From a virus (lineage: Duplodnaviria; Caudoviricetes), in the IMG/VR virus record IMGVR_UViG_3300031732_000044, positions 1-50,921 of that record: DNA of 50,921 bases. One strand, 5' to 3'. Positions 26,134 to 34,929 of the stretch are shown here, in pieces (within the stretch, counting starts at the first letter, position 1; each line of letters starts with the position of its first letter). The position numbers were made by a program, and so were the translations under genes. Below the pieces are notes generated by a model. That model was not told the origin of the DNA. It worked only from the letters and a program-made list of their open reading frames with translations, and searched no databases.

Positions 26134-26998
26134 CGCGAAGGTCGGGATCAATCTCAGGGTCTACGTCATCAGCCGTCTCGGGCGCATCCTCGTCCGGCGC
26201 GGCCTCCTTCTCCGGCGCCCGGGGGTCGGCAATGAGATCGGCCGCCTCAGCCTCGCGAGCGGCTTCGGCGAGTTGCTCGGCCTTGCCTGAGAGGCGAAAG
26301 TCGTAGCGCTCCGCGAAGTCAAGCACGGCTTCATGCGCATCCGCCGGCACGACGACGTTCGGCTTGTCGTATCGGCTTCCGGGCAACTCGCGGGCCTCGT
26401 CGTAGAGGTCGTCCACATCCCGGTCCCAGCGGATCACGAACCAGCCCTCGTAGTCTCCGCTCATCCGGGCCAGGACCCAACGCGTGTGCTCCGGCTCGTA
26501 ATCTTCTCTGCGCACGGCCTCGGCGAGGTCCTCGTGAGGCAATTTGCACGCAAAACCGGCTGCCAAGATCTCACAGCAGAGCTCGACGCAGCGGTCCCGC
26601 ATTGGGCCGTGCCAGTGACGGAGCGCACGTTCCCACCGCTTTTGGCCGCGGTTCCAGCTCATGTTTTGCCGGTGCATCGCATCCTTGAAGGCGTCGCTGT
26701 ACTCCGGCAGCCGGGTGTAGAGGGTGGACTCGCCCACCCACACCTCGGCCGGCACCTCGATCTGCTCTTCGCCCTTGGGACGAAGGACGGCACCCTCGCC
26801 CATAAGGTCGAACGGGCGGAGGGTCTGCTCGATCTTCTGGCAGATCGCGTCGCTGCGGGCGATCGCCTGGAGGAGCGTCTCTGGGCCCATGCCCAGATCT
26901 TCTGCCAAGCCGGTCAGTCGGTCGGGGAAAGTCATTGGGCCTGTTTGAACGTGTGCTCCGTGTAGTGTACAAAACGCCTTTTCTTGACCGGACATCAC
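26123..26998 (-). CDS. Hypothetical protein with possible tandem HARP-like domains
   Basis: EYSDAFKDAMHRQNMSWNRGQKRW and DDLYDEARELPGSRYDKPNVVVP; overlaps the SNF2 start. Confidence 0.6.
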   Translation of the reverse strand: MMSGQEKAFCTLHGAHVQTGPMTFPDRLTGLAEDLGMGPETLLQAIARSDAICQKIEQTLRPFDLMGEGAVLRPKGEEQIEVPAEVWVGESTLYTRLPEYSDAFKDAMHRQNMSWNRGQKRWERALRHWHGPMRDRCVELCCEILAAGFACKLPHEDLAEAVRREDYEPEHTRWVLARMSGDYEGWFVIRWDRDVDDLYDEARELPGSRYDKPNVVVPADAHEAVLDFAERYDFRLSGKAEQLAEAAREAEAADLIADPRAPEKEAAPDEDAPETADDVDPEIDPDLRDDR

Positions 26999-27651
26999 CC
27001 GTCCGGAGTCGGCTCAAAGAGGGCCTCCTCGATGTCTTGGCGCCCCCGCTCCGTGTCGTCGTATCCAGCTTCTTCGGACCATTTCAGAGAGAGCGTGAAG
27101 AGCTGGTCGGAGTCGAGCGCGGACGAATCTTCAACGTTTTGGTCTTCCATCCACTCGCGGGCGAACGCCTTCACGTCAGAGGTTGATTTCTCGCCTGCTT
27201 CGAACCGCTTGCGGGCGCGCTCCTGCATCAGCCGCTTGAAAGAGCGATCGCGGTGGTCAATCCACCAGCCGGCGTCGGTCTCCGACCGGACCTTGCTGAG
27301 CTCTTCCAGAAGGAGACCCTTCACGACGCGCCGGTCCTCCTCATCCGGGGCCATGCCGCGCAGCTCCTCTTCGAGCTCATCAAGGTCTTGAATCTTCTCG
27401 TCTCGGATCGACTCGGCCCATCCGATCTGCTTCTCCGAGCCCTCCAGATCGGGGAGGCCCCGCTCGGCGTTGCGCTTGGCCGCGGCGGCGTTTTTCTGCT
27501 CGCGTTCGGCCTCCTTGCAAGCGTCGCACATCCAGTCGTAGTTTTCCAGCTTCCACTCGCGGTCGTCGTGCGAGCCATAGAGCTGGACCTTGAAGGTGCC
27601 TTCGCAGTCCTCGGAAATGCCGGACGTGCATTCGACCTTGTACTTGGCCAT
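26995..27651 (-). CDS. Phage hypothetical protein with possible Zn-binding N-terminus
   Basis: Cys pairs including CDAC; LPDLEGSEKQIGWAESIR...AGWWIDHR. Confidence 0.75.
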   Translation of the reverse strand: MAKYKVECTSGISEDCEGTFKVQLYGSHDDREWKLENYDWMCDACKEAEREQKNAAAAKRNAERGLPDLEGSEKQIGWAESIRDEKIQDLDELEEELRGMAPDEEDRRVVKGLLLEELSKVRSETDAGWWIDHRDRSFKRLMQERARKRFEAGEKSTSDVKAFAREWMEDQNVEDSSALDSDQLFTLSLKWSEEAGYDDTERGRQDIEEALFEPTPDG

Positions 27652-27678
27652 AGGTCTGAGCTGTTACTTGTCAGGAGG

Positions 27679-28680
27679 TTACTGGGAGGTGGTTTCGAAG
27701 AAAAGGGCGCGGAGGTCCTCTACGCTTGTGACGGGAAGCTCATCGCCCACCTGAACGGCGTAACCCAGCTCCAAGGCAGCCTCCAGGGCGCCCAGCGAGT
27801 AGCGCCACCCGCCGTCGCTCCAGAACATGTCCATCTGCTCCAGGTCGTCTTTCGACCAGTACCACGCGCCCGCCTCTTTGAGCTTGCTCCACTTCTCTTC
27901 CGGGATGCGCCGATGCATCAAAAACGCGCCTCCCTGTGGGGCTGCCCGATTGAGCACGGTATCCGAAAGGTCCTCCTTGTGCGGCTGTAGCTCGCAATGA
28001 AAGCGGAGGATATCACGCCCCTCGGCGGCCTTTTGCTCAGCCTCCCGGCGCTCCAGCTCCTTGCGCTCTTTCCTCTCGCGCTCCTTGCGCTCCCGCTCTT
28101 TTTTCTCATCGGCGCGGCGTAGGATCTCCCCCGCTGTGGTCTCGCAGTATCCGTCGCCATCCCACTCCGGCTGGTAGTCAAATTCTTCTCCAGTTCCGAC
28201 GCCATCGTGGGTCGAGAGGAGATGATTCAGGTATTCGCGGACCTCCCCGTCTTCGATCCCCCGGGCAAAGTAGCCGGTCGTGCGCCCAAACGAGCGGTCG
28301 ATCTTGACCTCAGCGTTGGGATTGTTCTCGATCACTTCGCGCGCGGACGCAAATTTTTCTCGTTGAACGACGTCCTTATACTCCTCAAACTCCTTCCTCC
28401 AGTCACGGTCAAGCTTTACGCATACGTCGTCCATGCCCAGGCCAAACACCTGCTCGACGTAGGAGCTGGTAAGTCGAAGAACAGGCGTGGGGTCGCTCAC
28501 CTCGCTCACGACATCGAGGTAAGCGCGGCCCGGTCTCTCCAGGTCGATCTTTTCTCCATCTCGTCGGAGCTCAATGTCTGGTTTTTTCACGGTGCTGACT
28601 TTCTTCAATCCAACGACGCGCACTTCAACTGAGCCAAGGTCGTCGGACTCTGGGGTGGCGGTGTAGACAAGATCATCCAT
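27679..28680 (-). CDS. Hypothetical protein with central charged coiled coil
   Basis: 333 aa acidic ORF in operon. Confidence 0.7.
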   Translation of the reverse strand: MDDLVYTATPESDDLGSVEVRVVGLKKVSTVKKPDIELRRDGEKIDLERPGRAYLDVVSEVSDPTPVLRLTSSYVEQVFGLGMDDVCVKLDRDWRKEFEEYKDVVQREKFASAREVIENNPNAEVKIDRSFGRTTGYFARGIEDGEVREYLNHLLSTHDGVGTGEEFDYQPEWDGDGYCETTAGEILRRADEKKERERKERERKERKELERREAEQKAAEGRDILRFHCELQPHKEDLSDTVLNRAAPQGGAFLMHRRIPEEKWSKLKEAGAWYWSKDDLEQMDMFWSDGGWRYSLGALEAALELGYAVQVGDELPVTSVEDLRALFFETTSQ

Positions 28681-28731
28681 GGGGCTGTAGGTTCTGTGAG
28701 CGTGCCTTCCAGGTGAGGTGGGGCAGGCGTC

Positions 28732-29436
28732 TTACAGGAGATCATTTTCGATGCACACGAGCGCCGAGCCCCACACCTCCGCAAAGCGCTCGTCCGGGTT
28801 GCCGTAAAACGGCGCGCAACGCTTGAAGTCGCGGATGAACGCCCAGATGTGATCGGGGCCGTGCATCTTGCGGAAAGAGTAGAAGTGGCGCTCGACGCGC
28901 TGCTCGTCGCGAGTTTGCGGGAGGTCCATCTCAAGGATGCCGATGTGCCACTCCGTGCGCCCTTCATCGCGAGCGTTCACGACGCGCTGCAGAGCGATGC
29001 GGCCGGTGTGAGTCCCGTGACCATACGAGTAGGTCCCGACCTCGCCGTTGTCGATGTAGAGCTCTGTGCGCTCCATCTCATCCGGGTCGGCTTCTCCGTG
29101 AAACAGGACGTTCGGCCCGCGGTGAGTCACGCGCTTCTCGATGCGGGCCATCGAGAGCCCCGGAGACGGGCGTTCTGGTTCGGTATGTGAGGCCAAGTAC
29201 TCGGACGGGTCAAGCCCAGTAGCCTCCAGCTCGTAGATAAGATTCTCGCGGCTGGCCTCGTGGGCTTCTCCGTTCTTCTCGTAGCGGTAGTATTTGCTAT
29301 GCTCCTGAATTCCGATCGCAATGCGACCAGCGTCTTTCAGGGCGTCGAACGCGGCTTCAATTTCGCCAAAGGTGAGTGGGCGCTCGTCAATGTCGGAGTC
29401 TTTAGTAGCTGGCATGGCTGAGTGCTGGTTTCTCAT
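28732..29436 (-). CDS. Hypothetical protein
   Basis: 234 aa ORF in operon. Confidence 0.7.
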   Translation of the reverse strand: MRNQHSAMPATKDSDIDERPLTFGEIEAAFDALKDAGRIAIGIQEHSKYYRYEKNGEAHEASRENLIYELEATGLDPSEYLASHTEPERPSPGLSMARIEKRVTHRGPNVLFHGEADPDEMERTELYIDNGEVGTYSYGHGTHTGRIALQRVVNARDEGRTEWHIGILEMDLPQTRDEQRVERHFYSFRKMHGPDHIWAFIRDFKRCAPFYGNPDERFAEVWGSALVCIENDLL

Positions 29437-29457
29437 GAAAAAGAGCGGGTAGCGAGT

Positions 29458-29922
29458 CTACGCAAGAGCCTGCTTAAAGGCCTCTGCAACGGCGCACATT
29501 TTCTCACGGACATCATCTCGGACTCTTGGATCGACGCCTTTGTACACGTCGAGTCGACTGTGCACCTCTCCGTCGTCATCGGCCCAAACGTCAAACTGTC
29601 CGGTATCTCTTACCTCATACCGCTGGCCGGTCCACACAGCTTTGTGCTCCTCACCGTTGGCTTCGAAGGTGATTGGCTCTCTCGCGTCTTCTGCCCGATC
29701 AGTAATGGACACGATCTCATTGCGCTTGAAACGCATCGTGCCCTTCTTTGCCGTATCGACCATTACGCCGCTCTCCTTGATCTCCACCACCTCACCTTCA
29801 AAGTCGTGGCTGGTCGTCGTGGTAACGGACGGATTTTCGGGGTGCGGATCGCTGGGTGCTGGACTAGTCGCGTTGATCGTGCACTTTACCGTGTCTCCAA
29901 TGTTGACACCGAGCGTGTCCAT
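29458..29922 (-). CDS. Hypothetical protein with SH3-like beta N-terminus
   Basis: NIGDTVKC...FEGEVVEIKESGVMV. Confidence 0.65.
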   Translation of the reverse strand: MDTLGVNIGDTVKCTINATSPAPSDPHPENPSVTTTTSHDFEGEVVEIKESGVMVDTAKKGTMRFKRNEIVSITDRAEDAREPITFEANGEEHKAVWTGQRYEVRDTGQFDVWADDDGEVHSRLDVYKGVDPRVRDDVREKMCAVAEAFKQALA

Positions 29923-29980
29923 CGGTCTGTGATTTTTGGTGTGCGGTTTGTCGCGTCCCCTCCCCGATTCTGCACCCTAT

Positions 29981-30001
29981 TGTATAGCGCTACGCTATAC
30001 A
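29981..30001. promoter_or_regulatory. Palindromic operator candidate TGTATAGCG-CTA-CGCTATACA
   Basis: Perfect 9-bp inverted repeat in an AT-rich gap just downstream of an HTH gene, next to a TACAAT on the minus strand. Confidence 0.65.
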
Positions 30002-30041
30002 TGATCCCGAAAAAGGAAGCCAAATCGGATCTTTATAGAGT

Positions 30042-30248
30042 CTACACTTTCTCGGCCTCCATGCGCTCCAGGGTGCGGATAACCGCCTGCGTGGGCTCCC
30101 AGTGCCCATTCTCCAGGCGGGAGACGCGGACTTGCGCGTCCGACTCACCGCACGCGTACAGGTCCAGCCCGAACTCCGTCTGCGTCTGTCCGCGCTCCTC
30201 GCGGAGCGCTCGGATTCGATCCGGAGTCCACTTTCCATTCTGGCTCAT
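30042..30248 (-). CDS. XRE/Cro-type HTH regulator
   Basis: IRALREERGQTQTEFG...VSRLENGHWEP. Confidence 0.88.
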   Translation of the reverse strand: MSQNGKWTPDRIRALREERGQTQTEFGLDLYACGESDAQVRVSRLENGHWEPTQAVIRTLERMEAEKV

Positions 30249-30250
30249 CG

Positions 30251-30775
30251 TTAAAAGACCTGTTTGTGCTCGGCAATGCGCATCAGCTCGTCCGGGGTTT
30301 CAAAGTCTTGGTAAACCTGCCCGACCGCGCGGTTTACCTCAACCTCGTCGTCATACGTCCCCAGACATTCAGCATAGGCCTCTCGGAGAAAGGGGTACAT
30401 CTCCTCATCAAGACCGAGCGCTCGGTTGTGTCGCACGGTACGACGACGACCCTCGACGACGCAAAGCTGCAGCAGGTTTCCCTCCCCCTCGACGAAGCGC
30501 TGGCGGTACTTTTCCTCGTACTGGTACGGGTTCAGCGAGCCGTCTAGACAACCCCATTTCTCCCAGCACACAAGCACAAAGGGAACAGATCGGACCGAGG
30601 CGACACCCACCTGGAGCTTCCGCCTTTGAAACGTGCGAAGGTCCGCATCGCGAAGCTCTGATAGGACGACGGGGACAAGCAGCGTCTGGTCGGCCAGAAG
30701 CGGGAAAAGTCCCTCCTGGCCGCGGGGGAGGCGCTGAGGGAAGGGCTCTCCGACTTCGATTTGAACAGGCTCCAT
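30251..30775 (-). CDS. Hypothetical protein
   Basis: 174 aa, first gene after a promoter-like region. Confidence 0.7.
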   Translation of the reverse strand: MEPVQIEVGEPFPQRLPRGQEGLFPLLADQTLLVPVVLSELRDADLRTFQRRKLQVGVASVRSVPFVLVCWEKWGCLDGSLNPYQYEEKYRQRFVEGEGNLLQLCVVEGRRRTVRHNRALGLDEEMYPFLREAYAECLGTYDDEVEVNRAVGQVYQDFETPDELMRIAEHKQVF

Positions 30776-30808
30776 TGTATGTGCTGTTTTTAGAGGTGTG
30801 CTCGTGTA

Positions 30809-30837
30809 TATATAGAAACGCTATAGCACAGTTTCAA
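30809..30837 (-). promoter_or_regulatory. Sigma70-like promoter candidate TTGAAA-N17-TATATA
   Basis: Exact 17-nt spacing; spacer contains TATAGCGT, shared with the 29981 palindrome. Confidence 0.55.
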
Positions 30838-30993
30838 GTATCTTGCTTCGGTTTGCCCTCCCTAGCCCTCCGGTCGGGGGTTTTCTACTGAGGCGTGAGG
30901 ATGGAGAATAATGCTATTATACGAGCACCCACCCTTGAGATAATCCCTGCTATTCGGGTAGAAGCGGCGTAGAGTGCGATGTCGCGAGCAGCC

Positions 30994-31179
30994 CTACCCC
31001 TCCGGAAAGGTAGCCCCACGCAGCTTTTCCCAAATCGAATCACGACCGTTCGTGTGGGTCGCAATTTCGTCGGTGCTAAGCGGTTGGTACACCCTAGCCC
31101 TCCGCTGGTTGGAGTTCATTTCAACATCGCCTTCAGTTTTAGGAATCGATATTTTAACGCTTGCTGATTCGTCACTCAT
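30994..31179 (-). CDS. Small hypothetical protein
   Basis: 61 aa, ATG start, follows the protease gene. Confidence 0.4.
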   Translation of the reverse strand: MSDESASVKISIPKTEGDVEMNSNQRRARVYQPLSTDEIATHTNGRDSIWEKLRGATFPEG

Positions 31180-31232
31180 GGCTCGGTCGGTTTTTGGTCG
31201 AGGGTGGTTGCGCGCAAAGACGACGGCCCCAA

Positions 31233-32138
31233 TCAGGCGGTGAAGTAACTAACGCCCTCTTCATCAAGGGCTGACGTTATCGTATCGTAGTGAACGCCTC
31301 GGCCGGAATGGAGAAAGGCGTTTTCTGTGGTTCTCTGTTTTCCGCCGTGTTGAATTTCCTCATCGAACCCCAAGGGGTAGTGGCCAGTGTTGCTTTGTAT
31401 TGCCCAGAGGTTCCCTTCAGTATCAAAAATCGGTCCGCCACTCTGGCCTTTCAGGCCAGGTCTTGACGTTTCTATAAACTTCACCTCGAACGGAGGTCCA
31501 GCGGCAGGATCGCCATCGCTCTCCGTGAGGACATTCCGTGAATAAATGCCTTCAATAGGAAAAAACGGCGGAGGGGGGCCAACTTGGAACTGGCCAGTAT
31601 TCTCATCAAAGGACACGTCCAGATCGGAAAAAGGATATCCCAGCTTGCAGAGGCTGGTTCCTATGTTCATGTCATCTTGGGGCTGGGCGATCTTAGGGTG
31701 CTGGTCAACCTGTTCCGGATCAAAGTTTGTGATTTGGCCGATTGACAGGTCCGCTTTCGGAAAATTCCGCGTCTCCTGCACCTGAGCATCAGGCCACCCA
31801 AATATAATATTCAGGTCCGAGACCCATGGATGAGTTCGTTTCTGCGCTTGCCTCAAGAGATTTTTAACCTTCCCTTTCTGCGACACCGGGCCGTCTCTCA
31901 AGTCATTCAGCTTGGAATTAAACTCTCCCCATTCTTTGTGTGCCTTAACAAGGCCCTGATAGTCGCGAATCTGATGGAAGGCGGTCACAAACCACCCCTT
32001 CTCATTCAGCAAAACTAGCGCCCCCACCCCAGAGACGACTTCATAATCACCGTCGAACTCATCTGCCATTCGGGCTAAGATGATCAGAGGAAAGGTATAC
32101 GAGGTAGCTTTTCTGCAAGCTTGTTTGAACATAGGCAA
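31233..32138 (-). CDS. Trypsin-like serine protease
   Basis: VTAFH (His), ADLSIG (Asp), GQSGGPIFD (Ser); no signal peptide seen. Confidence 0.85.
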   Translation of the reverse strand: MPMFKQACRKATSYTFPLIILARMADEFDGDYEVVSGVGALVLLNEKGWFVTAFHQIRDYQGLVKAHKEWGEFNSKLNDLRDGPVSQKGKVKNLLRQAQKRTHPWVSDLNIIFGWPDAQVQETRNFPKADLSIGQITNFDPEQVDQHPKIAQPQDDMNIGTSLCKLGYPFSDLDVSFDENTGQFQVGPPPPFFPIEGIYSRNVLTESDGDPAAGPPFEVKFIETSRPGLKGQSGGPIFDTEGNLWAIQSNTGHYPLGFDEEIQHGGKQRTTENAFLHSGRGVHYDTITSALDEEGVSYFTA

Positions 32139-32196
32139 TGCTGATAAGCAAAAAACGGTGTTTCTTCGGGGAGTGCCGCAGAGCTGAACAGCATTC

Positions 32197-32637
32197 CTAC
32201 GAGCACGGCCCGCTTGTGCCCCGGGCGGTCACCTCATTCTGACAACTCGGTTCAGTGCGCTTCACCTGCGTCACGAGACGGTCAGGACTAAAGGCAATGC
32301 GGTACCCTTCTAGGCGTGAAAGGTTCGGTTCATACGTCCAAACCATCCCGGCCCCGCTCGTATCCCGCGTGGTCGGAAGCGCGTCGAAGCGACGCTTTGC
32401 CCCCATTACTAGCTTCACGTGCGTCGGCTTCATGCCTTCGGCGAGGCGTTCCTCTTTCATTGCTTGGCCGATCCGCGTTGTGGTGTCGTTCGTCTTCAGC
32501 CAGTACTCTAGATCCTCACGGTCTTCATCTTGAGCCATTTGGGCACCAGCGGCCCCACCCGCTGCGGCACCGGCTGCAACACAGCCAGCAGCAACGCCCC
32601 CGTACACAAGCACAACAAACAGCCTCAGATATTGCAT
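32197..32637 (-). CDS. Putative lipoprotein
   Basis: Hydrophobic N-terminus with AAGC lipobox followed by a Gly/Ala zipper. Confidence 0.7.
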   Translation of the reverse strand: MQYLRLFVVLVYGGVAAGCVAAGAAAGGAAGAQMAQDEDREDLEYWLKTNDTTTRIGQAMKEERLAEGMKPTHVKLVMGAKRRFDALPTTRDTSGAGMVWTYEPNLSRLEGYRIAFSPDRLVTQVKRTEPSCQNEVTARGTSGPCS

Positions 32638-32733
32638 ATCCAGCCTGTGTCTGTAAATAGTTACACGAGCACCCGCCCAAGAATCTTAAAGTCTAAGCCG
32701 TCGTCCAGCTCTATTGTTATCGTGACTAATCTC

Positions 32734-33228
32734 TCAGCCCCCACTCCTTAAAATCTCCGCCTTCTTTTCCTGAAACTCCTCCTCGGTAATCGCACCCTTC
32801 TCAAAGAGGTCGTGATACTTCTCAATCTTTTCGGCGTCAGAGAGGCTGGAGTTCTTGCTCTTCTGCGCGTCTGACCCTGCCTCATCGCTGTACATCTGCT
32901 CCTCAATCATCTGCTTTGCTTCTTGGGCCTTTTCGTACTGGCCTGAGCTGGAGAGCATGACAGTATTTTCGTCTTCTGTTGCGTCGAAGACACCACCGGT
33001 TGACGTGTCCCCGCCTGAAAGATTGAATTGAATATACCCACTGCCGATGCCTGGCTCCTTCAGCTGAATCGCCGTGATGGAGCTAACTGGAATATCCTTG
33101 TCTCCTTTCGAGCCGCCCTGAGTAAAGAATGCCATACACCCAGAGCGGGAAATCCGAACCTTATTCTCGAACACCAGAACAGCACCGTTCTGTCCATCGA
33201 AGCTGTACAGAGGCTTGCTTTCGTTCAT
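32734..33228 (-). CDS. PH-like (DUF4429-type) plus SHOCT domain protein
   Basis: GDKDIPVSSITAIQLKEPG..GYIQF; C-terminal IEKYHDLFEKGAITEEEFQEKKAEIL. Confidence 0.85.
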   Translation of the reverse strand: MNESKPLYSFDGQNGAVLVFENKVRISRSGCMAFFTQGGSKGDKDIPVSSITAIQLKEPGIGSGYIQFNLSGGDTSTGGVFDATEDENTVMLSSSGQYEKAQEAKQMIEEQMYSDEAGSDAQKSKNSSLSDAEKIEKYHDLFEKGAITEEEFQEKKAEILRSGG

Positions 33229-33529
33229 GTCGGACTTGGGCTGGTCAATGGAGATAGTCGCGACTGATCGCTTTACAGTGGCATCCGCCTGCGGAATCAG
33301 AACAGCAGCGAGACACCGAGCAGGATTTGTCGAGCACGATGTCGAGGACGTTCAGCGAGTCGAAATCAGGGTAGCAGCCGTGGGCATCCATGCGGCAGTG
33401 TTTTCTGTCCCGTAATCTGGGCACTCGTGCGCGAAGGGGTAGCAGAGGCCGGGCATGGAGGGGGAGGTTATAGAGGTATGAGCGACGTTGTGGGCTTATT
33501 GTACATCATCCTTCTGGTGCGCTACGTTC

Positions 33530-34144
33530 CTAGCGCTCGCGCAACTCTTTCGCTCGCTTGATCCGATACTCGAAGTGCTCCCTCTGCTTCTGGGTAAGAT
33601 CCGCTGCATCAACGGCCTTCTTCGAGATCGCAATTTCGCTGTCGTAGTTTTTTTCCTGGCGGTAGATGATGGCGAGTCTCTTGTAAGGTGCCGTGCCTAC
33701 AAATCCCTTCTCTACATTCTTCCTGTAAAGCTCCTTCGCTTCTTTGATAAGCGCGTCCGCTTCCTCGTCATTCCCCTCGTCGCGCTCTTCTCTTGCCTCT
33801 CGCTCAAGATTGCGGGCCTTCTTGTTTCGACCGAGCGCACCTTCTACACCGATCTCATTGATGTCGTCAACGATACTTTGAAGGCTTTCCTCACTCTCGG
33901 TTTTTTCGGTGGTAGCGGTCTCGGATTGCCTGTCTCGTTCCGAGCTTTTTGCCTCCTGAACTGTCTCAGTCCTGCTGGGCTGGGTCATTGATCCCGCAAC
34001 TACCAATCCGACAATAACTCCAAGAACGCCGCCTAGAGCGACACCTACGGCTCCGGCGAGTAGACCGCCACTGGAAGCACCAGCAATAGCTACAGTCAGG
34101 ATAGCCATCGGTGTTGTGCAACCTGACGATTGGTCTGTAGTCAT
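33530..34144 (-). CDS. Membrane protein with TPR-like C-terminus
   Basis: N-terminal Gly-rich TM segments; APYKRLAIIYRQEKNYDSEIAI. Confidence 0.7.
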   Translation of the reverse strand: MTTDQSSGCTTPMAILTVAIAGASSGGLLAGAVGVALGGVLGVIVGLVVAGSMTQPSRTETVQEAKSSERDRQSETATTEKTESEESLQSIVDDINEIGVEGALGRNKKARNLEREAREERDEGNDEEADALIKEAKELYRKNVEKGFVGTAPYKRLAIIYRQEKNYDSEIAISKKAVDAADLTQKQREHFEYRIKRAKELRER

Positions 34145-34219
34145 ACCCAGTAAGGGTGCTGAAAGGTGTGTTCAGTTCAGCGGTGGAGGTCACACGGGCA
34201 CCTGCCCGAGAAATCGGAT

Positions 34220-34888
34220 TTACTCGCTGGAATCCGGCACCTCGCCAACAGTTTGCTCATCAGTACGAGCAGAACCTGATATTCTCGCCCCAAGCACTTC
34301 AAAGTGAAATGTGTACTCGTTCATAGTTCCCTCAACGTCGATCGGAAGCACCAGACGAAATGTCTTCCCAACGTTTTCCTTAACCGCCTCAACATCGTCC
34401 TGACCTGCAACCTGATTCGGCGGGAATAACTGTTCTACATTTAGACCGTACTCCCCCATTTCAAGTCTGTCCGCCGGAATCAGCATCGTACTGCTTGATG
34501 CATTCCGAGGAATTCGGAGCGCGGGAGGGGCGTCATTGCGCTCGTTGTACGACATTTCTCCCGTCACAAGCCGCTTCGTAGAACCGTCCGGCGACACATA
34601 GATGGCATCTGGAAGCTGAACCTGAATTGTGTGCTCAGACTTGTTTTCAATGTTCGCCAGAAAAGCTTTATTCGATACCAAAATTCCAGCCGCTACTAAG
34701 CTGTCCTCGTAGACGTACTTAGTACCTTTTGTAGTATCTTGCTCGGTCACCTCGTAGTCTCCCCATCGTTTTTGCACATCTTCGGGACGCTCAACGCGAT
34801 CTAAGCCAATATTGTACGTCAGAGACTGCGTCTGAGCACACCCGACGATTAAAAAAATGACTAGCGCTGGGATAGCGTATCGCATCAC
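34220..34888 (-). CDS. Putative lipoprotein
   Basis: MMRYAIPALVIFLIVGC lipobox. Confidence 0.8.
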   Translation of the reverse strand: MMRYAIPALVIFLIVGCAQTQSLTYNIGLDRVERPEDVQKRWGDYEVTEQDTTKGTKYVYEDSLVAAGILVSNKAFLANIENKSEHTIQVQLPDAIYVSPDGSTKRLVTGEMSYNERNDAPPALRIPRNASSSTMLIPADRLEMGEYGLNVEQLFPPNQVAGQDDVEAVKENVGKTFRLVLPIDVEGTMNEYTFHFEVLGARISGSARTDEQTVGEVPDSSE

Positions 34889-34929
34889 GATACTGTCAGT
34901 TGATTAGAGTCAAACGAGCACCCGCCCCA

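Noticed and set aside
30860-31104. 13-bp direct repeat CCCTAGCCCTCCG near 30860 and 31092
   Set aside because: Only two short copies with no element features between them; noted but not interpretable
33240-33460. Short Cys-rich minus-strand frames (e.g. MDAHGCYPDFDSLNVLDIVLDKSC...)
   Set aside because: Under 50 aa, split over frames, no recognisable motif; cannot be told from noise or a decayed gene
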